The notes beneath the pieces are model-generated. The model searched no databases, was not told the origin of the DNA, and worked only from the letters and a program-made list of their open reading frames with translations. Of a DNA stretch of 64,000 nt, positions 57,298-64,000 are shown piece by piece. Origin of the DNA: Octopus sinensis (lineage: Eukaryota); contig NC_043004.1 in assembly GCF_006345805.1 (NCBI RefSeq), forward strand, positions 78,988,001-79,052,000, written 5' to 3'. Every line of letters begins with the position of its first letter. The first letter of the stretch is position 1. The position numbers were made by a program, and so were the translations under genes.

Positions 57298-57850
57298 TGG
57301 AGTGTCAACTTTAGGAATGAGCAAGTGTCCCCATTGCCCATATCACGGACGGATGCCCTAAAGTTGCACAAAACCGCTACAAGTTGTGGTGACACGACCA
57401 GGTAGCGAGAGTGCTACATTGGAAACTGTGCGAAAAGTGGGATCTAGAGAGAGGCAAGACGTGATACGAGTACAAACCGCAGAGAGTGGCGGAGCTGGAG
57501 ACTAGCAAAATCCCCTGGCGTTTCCGAATTCAAACAGATCAGGTGCTTGATCATAACAGACCGGACTTAGTGGTGATGGACAACGGGTATCACAAATGCT
57601 ATATAGTTGATGTTGCATACTCCTTTGACCCATGAATAGTCAAGAAGAAAGGCGAAAATATAGATAGATACAACCCTCTTATATATGAAATAGCCCGGCT
57701 ATGGAAAATGAAGAAGGTGAAGATAGTGCCAATTATTGTTGGGCCCTTGGGAACAGTATCAGAAGGCATCAAGGGGAATATAAAGGTAATTGGAATAGAG
57801 GACCCAATAGAACTGTTACAAAAGGTTTGCCTCCTTGGCACGGCCAGAAA
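57298..57850 (+). mobile_element. R4/Dong-like LINE fragment with restriction-like endonuclease
   Basis: Zinc-knuckle remnant HITDGCP, HDQVARVLHW, FRIQTDQVLDHNRPDLVVMD..CYIVDVA (PD-(D/E)xK), KIVPIIVGPLGTV..LLQKVCLLGTAR. Internal stops; preceded by (TAA)n. Confidence 0.8.
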
Positions 57851-57859
57851 CGGATTCAG

Positions 57860-58006
57860 TCGGTTACATAGACCCAAGTGCGTAACTGGTACTTAATTTA
57901 TCGACCCCGAAAAGATGAAAGGCAAAGTCGACCTCGGCGGAATTTGAACTCAGAACTCAGAACGTAGCGGCATTCCGCCCGGCGTGCTAACGATTCTGCC
58001 AGCTCA
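57860..58006 (-). mobile_element. SINE (Meta-like core) truncating the R4-like LINE
   Basis: gaccccgaaaagatgaaaggcaaagtcgacctcggcgg..ctgccagctc. Confidence 0.8.
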
Positions 58007-59386
58007 ATAATAAATGCTAATGACGAGAATGATCATTATTATGATGATGACGAAGATTATTTGTGCATAATCATGTACGCATTCAAGCAAGTTATTCATA
58101 TCTACAGAATGTGAATGACTCAGAGGATAGAGTTGCAGACAACCAGCCGAGCGTATTCTGGTTCGTATCCTGTAAACAGTAGTAATGAGTAACTTACAAC
58201 AACATCAGTGCTTAATCATTTGAATATATAAATAACATAGGTCACGTAACTGGAGCAAATTTAATGGAGAATATGATGTTTTGCATGACCTTGCAACGAA
58301 AAGAATATCTGATAGACCAGTGCACTATCCAGGCGGAGATAACTCTCTAATCTTCTTAATGCTTCAGAAATCAAAAACAAGCGCCAGACTTCTTGCAATC
58401 CAGATTTTGCTGCTCAAAAGAAACGATTTGATTCAGAACTGTTCTTCAGTCACGTCATGCTACATAACACTTGCATATCGGTAACCGACGTATACCGGAC
58501 TTACTGAAAACGTACGCCGTTACTCTGCATGCTCAAGCCTTTCAGAGAAGAGAAAAAGTGATGCTTACGTATTTCCAAAAACACCAATGAAGTTAATGAA
58601 AATTTTATAGCTTTAACCAGGAATTACAAACGGATATTGAGCTCACTTTAATTGGAGAAACCTCATCTACATCTCACCACTAAATATGTAATACGATAAA
58701 TCAATTGGGAATAGGAACGAAATATTAAATTAGGTACAAAGAAAAGCATTCAGACGTATTTCTATGTATTTTTCTTGCTGCTAATGATAGCTAAAAATGT
58801 ATTTTAAACATTCTACTGTTCTAGGTATTTAAGTATATGTTGTGAAATTTAAGATGGCCGTTTTTATTATGTCTATGAAAGATATATGTAATGTACAACT
58901 TCCTTCATAGAATTTGAGAAAATTTTGGAAAAGAACGGATAAATGCTCTGAAGATGTAGATACGAGATAAAATGGATTTTGTGTTGATGTAAAGTTAATG
59001 TTATTGACTGTGGATTGTATAGCTGAAGCTTAATACTTTTAACATAAGCTGTTACGATTGTTGCTGACAAATAGACCCGATATAAAGCACCCATGTGTAT
59101 TAATTTATATCTGGTTACTTTATTTGGTGTGTATTCAGGAATTCTGGTTGAAATGCATGGTATCTCAAAAAGAAAGAATTAATATTGTTTAAACTGCAAT
59201 GAAACCTAGCAGATAACCTGCCACCAAACAATGAACCGTTTTCTATGCCTCGTGGTTTGGAGCAAAAGAACTCAAAATTAAGATTAGTTTTGAGATTAAC
59301 TAATTTTTCTGTTACGATATATTGTTAAAATTCATCTTGAATTTTACATGACACACGTGATATAACTTAAATACACAGAAACAGAC

Positions 59387-59459
<73 letters not shown>

Positions 59460-59480
59460 CAACATACATACATACATACA

Positions 59481-59511
<31 letters not shown>

Positions 59512-59635
59512 GACAAATAACATAAAATAGTCAAAAACTGTCCTATGAAAATATTCTGAAACTGCAAAAAAGTAAATTGAAATGTGAACGATATCTTTAC
59601 ATCCTTTTTCATTAATACTACGTTTCCCCTGTCTT

Positions 59636-59640
<5 letters not shown>

Positions 59641-59711
<71 letters not shown>
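59641..59711. repeat. (CT)n microsatellite
   Basis: Direct reading. Confidence 0.95.
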
Positions 59712-59714
<3 letters not shown>

Positions 59715-61024
59715 GATTCTATGATGTGATGTACTTTTGACAATCCCTATATTTATGTACGTGCATTATTACAATCATTGAAACCATGTTATTTTTTTAA
59801 TAGCAATCAAAAAGCACCATCTGTTTGCTACTTCCAAAATATCTACGTTATTTTTAATATCTTGCAAGTGTTGACATAGCTTCTAAACTCATTCAGAGCT
59901 AATATAAATGGAATTGGCAAGTGTTTTAGTTGTTTCAGAGGCTTGCTTTGTCGTGTTATCGGATAATTATTATTCTATTCCTATTTACCAAGTGATTTCA
60001 ATGCGTCTAAATGAAATCATTATTTTCTTAGACAACACTGCTCTAATAAAATATTTATTTAACTGCGGTGGGGCACAGCAGTCTTATTCTTTAAATAACC
60101 GAGAATCCTCTAAAAGTGTCGTTAAAATCAAAATATTTGTCCATGCTTTAACGGTTGTAGGCATGTGACCTACGTATTGTGAAAGCGAATTGTAAAATTA
60201 ATTGCTTGGAACGTTTCAAGGCTTCAAATTAATGCAGAGTTATAAGAATATAGTAAAAATCTAATGAAAATGGCGAAGACGATATAAAAGGCGTCTTTAT
60301 GTATCTGTGTGTTTCTTTCAGTTCAACACCAATTTCTGAGTAACCACCATATCATTTACATGTACAATTCGTACTGAAGATGACTACGTAATGAATTATC
60401 TCTGAAGTTCAAGAATTTACAAAGCAAAGTTATTAAATAGTTTTATGGTTGTTCTTTAGTGTAACCTAGCAAGACGTGATTCTGTGATTCACCAGTAAGA
60501 CTTTCGTTGTGCTGACTTACATATGTTAAAACGATGGTCAACTGCTCATAGCTTACATCATCAAGAAATTGTGATGCATTGTAAAATATTTTATTCTTAT
60601 TATTCAGATATTCACCAGAGAACATTCTGATTGATTTATCCAATTCGATGAAAGGTTTTTAGCGTAATGTTAAGGGACGACTCACCATATATGGCTGTGA
60701 AGCAAACTACATAGCGATTCAGAGAATTGGAACACCGAAATAAAAGTGTCATTAACAGTGGTGATGCGAATTAAAGCATTGATATTTCTGACAAGTAAAA
60801 ATTGTCTATTATACCAGCTACATTTAGTCTTGAGACCAGAGTAGTAACTGTACTAAACAATAAAACCAGTCACCATATCAAAGTGGCTGTTAAATGTTAC
60901 TACTAGTTTAACCCCAGGCACATTCTCCGCCAGCTGCTTATCGGTGCGACTCTGCACTCTTTATGTATAATATATTGTTAACAGGGGAGGCGAACACCTA
61001 CTACCCTTTGGCAGGCATCAAGAT

Positions 61025-61077
61025 GGTGAGAATGACTTAGTTTCGAGCTATTTGTCTCATCCTCAGTCGAGAGCACC
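61025..61077 (-). ncRNA. Hammerhead-like motif
   Basis: Minus strand: CUGAGGA-U-GAG..CUC-GAAAC-UAA-GUC; stem I imperfect (ggtg/cacc). Confidence 0.5.
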
Positions 61078-61099
61078 TGTACATATATGTGTATGTATG

Positions 61100-61136
<37 letters not shown>

Positions 61137-61394
61137 GGTGTGTGTGTATATATATACTATATATATACATATACATATACATATATATATACACATGTAT
61201 ATATATAATACATACACACACACACACACACACACATACATATATATATAGATATATATATATATTATATATATATATAAATAAGATTTCATAGTTTGCT
61301 TGAAGCATTGTATATGGAATATCACGTTGAATGATTTAAAATCTAGAATTATTTTATCTCCGACAAAAACATATTCCCAAGGACAGATCCTTTT

Positions 61395-61436
61395 TAACCC
61401 TGAAGAAGGGACTTGTATGTCCCGAAAATATGGATA
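61395..61436 (+). ncRNA. Hammerhead-like motif
   Basis: CTGAAGA at 61400, perfect stem II GGGAC/GTCCC, GAAA at 61424; stem III and cleavage triplet unclear. Confidence 0.45.
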
Positions 61437-61560
61437 CATATACGACCAAAGATTACCAGGTAACTTACTTTTAGTTTGTTACCTCATCTTAAAATATATT
61501 TGCATTATTTGGCCTTTTAAATCTTTCAACGTTTTATATATATATATATATATATATATA

Positions 61561-61782
61561 CAGGATGGCCCCAAATTAGGTCTACAGCTATCACGTAGGC
61601 ACTTTAAATTTGCTTTAAAACATGTTGTTACATTAAAATTTTTATCTTACAATTAACTAAATTAATTAAATTAACATAAAATAATGGTTTCATATTTTTT
61701 TATAATCAAGATCTAAACTGTTAATATATTGATGTGAAAGAGATAATTGAATAACTTAAAAACCTACTTTTGGACCACCTTA
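61561..61782. mobile_element. Tc1/mariner-type MITE
   Basis: TA-caggatggccccaaattaggt at left and acctacttttggaccacct at right form imperfect TIRs. Confidence 0.6.
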
Positions 61783-61845
61783 TTATATGTGTTGTGTGTC
61801 TGTGTTGTGTGAGAGAGTTTGTATCTATCTATTAAATATATATAT

Positions 61846-61892
<47 letters not shown>

Positions 61893-62511
61893 ATAATTAT
61901 ATATATATATAAACATACATATATGTATAAATATGCATATGTATTATATATATACATACACATATATATGTGTACATATATACATGTGCGTATGCATATA
62001 GTATATAAATAGACAATTTGGCTGCTTGTTTCTCTGGAAAATGTCAGAATGATTTGGACACCTCTTACGAAAACCCAATAAGGTCGAAATCGATTTGGTT
62101 GTTTCATTTCCCATTTTGCAGAGAAATGGCTAAAATTTGCCCTGTGTATAATTATACCATATGTTACATATAAATACACTCACACACACACATACATACA
62201 TACAATATATATATATATAATATATATATAATTATATATATTATATTTAATCAACTAATAAGGGTGAGAAAATTGGATACTAATTTAATAGTACCATCAA
62301 TTTAACACAAGGGCTTAGTGCATAAAAACCAGGAATACAATAAAGTTTATACGTAAATATAAGAGAGTGACCACCATGTGGTCGACTCTAGCACGAAAAA
62401 AATAGATCCGCTACGGTTTTCAGCCACGAAGAATTGTTTCCGATGAAAGTTAGCACAAACTATTAGCGTAAACGAACAGGGGGCAAATAACAAAATAAAA
62501 AATGCATGATT

Positions 62512-62589
62512 AATTCTGGACAATGTTTCGCTATTAATAAATTATGTAATTTTACTCACATAATATATCTGTAGCTCCTCAGCAGAATT
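62512..62589 (-). ncRNA. Intact type I hammerhead ribozyme motif
   Basis: Minus strand: stem I AAUUCUG/CAGAAUU (7 bp), CUGAGGA, stem II GCUA/UAGC extended by an AUUAUGU/ACAUAAU hairpin, GAAAC-AUU-GUC cleavage site. Confidence 0.85.
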
Positions 62590-62601
62590 GTCTAGAATAC
62601 A

Positions 62602-62633
<32 letters not shown>

Positions 62634-62719
62634 TATATATATATTATATATAATATATATATATGTATATATGTATGTATGTATGTATATATATATACAT
62701 AATAATATATTATAATAAT

Positions 62720-62764
<45 letters not shown>

Positions 62765-62835
62765 TTTGATTTTTCCAGTTTCAGCTAATGAGCTGTGGCC
62801 ATGTATATATGTATATATGTATGTATGTATGTATG

Positions 62836-62877
<42 letters not shown>

Positions 62878-64000
62878 ATATATATATTATCAAATTCTAC
62901 GTCGAATGATCCAATGATCCCATGATCCTACAAATGTACAATATATTCTTTAGAAGAATATCTTAGAGAAGGTTCAGTTGTTTCTGCGAAAACAAAACCA
63001 ACGCAAAACTACACCAACATTCGAGATGAAGAAGTACTTATTGCTGAAAGCCTGTTGAACTCAAGTTTCCAAGATTTTACCCGAAACACGACAGAATGTA
63101 AACCATTACACCCCACATTTGTTAAAGGTACAATGACCTGTCTATTTGGTTCTCCTTACTTCCATACAGAAAACATATGAGGTTATATAAAATTTACTCT
63201 TTGAAATTTGAAGTGAAAATCGTCAACAAACAAGGAATTCAAACAAAATGTCGACACCACGAACCTTTTCTCATCAGATTTACCAATTGTTATTCTTCTG
63301 TTGCATGAGTGATATTGTCAACTTGTTCAGTTAATATTCGATTTGTACTTCGTTTCAGATGAGAATCCTCCTATTAGATTTGGAATCTGATTATATGAGA
63401 GAACATGAATTCTCGTAGATTGTTTATAACTAATTAAAAAGTGGTTACATCTGAAAATTTATGTAAAAAGTGGTGTAGCCGTAATAGTTTATTTATTTTA
63501 CAGAACATGTATCAGTAGATATTATTAACACGTCAAATATTCATACAAGAAAGATATTCATATTTCTTTGGTCGTTCCTTAAAAACTCTTTTTTTTAATT
63601 ATCCTCAAACGTTATTGGTTTAACGATCAGTTAATATCCATTTTAACTCAATGTGTTTCTTCCTCACATTGTATTTAATGTTAATAGTGATTTTATTAAC
63701 ATGTTTATTTCTGATGGAATTGTTTTATTATTAAACACCAGCACTTGACGGACGTTATACATAAGCAATAATTTGATATCGTTTTTACTAACATTGTTGA
63801 TAAGTGACAATATCACAATATCACACATACATATTTAGATAAATACACATTATCATATACTTAATTGCTCCTTTCTATTGCCAAATAGCGGAGATTAATG
63901 TTTATTACAGTTGCATTAGCTATACAGAATATTCCTCTTATTCTTCAGCGTCCCATTGGAAATAATTACAAGAAAAAAACATCGTCTCAGGTAGAGGATA

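Noticed and set aside
62990-63400. Possible decayed GIY-YIG/PLE remnant on the minus strand (similar hint at about 12050-12450)
   Set aside because: Similarity too weak to support by eye; needs tblastn or an HMM search.

Overview
AT-rich, microsatellite-saturated animal genomic DNA. The SINE families and repeat landscape resemble those of Octopus (coleoid cephalopod); this is an inference. The window is mostly intronic sequence of one + strand gene. Six GT-AG exons (11749-11811, 17435-17567, 18311-18533, 38278-38451, 43775-43849, 49614-49682) splice in frame into a thrombospondin-N/laminin-G (TSPN) domain closely resembling the NC4 domain of collagen alpha-1(IX), followed by a very acidic linker. 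I could not find the signal-peptide exon or any Gly-X-Y exons. The introns hold a Penelope-like element (RT + GIY-YIG, inverted pLTRs, 13-bp TSD), CR1/L2-group, RTE, Tx1-like and R4/Dong-like LINE fragments, tRNA-derived SINEs, non-autonomous Helitrons and a Tc1/mariner-type MITE. The most striking unexplained signal is about a dozen dispersed, sequence-diverse hammerhead-ribozyme-like motifs, some intact, together with many long fold-back (inverted-repeat) inserts at (TA)n tracts. Several fold-back breakpoints fall in or next to hammerhead cores. Different retroelement clades appear to partition different microsatellites as targets. Most ORFs in the supplied track are microsatellite artefacts. 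All coordinates were read by eye; repeat boundaries are approximate.
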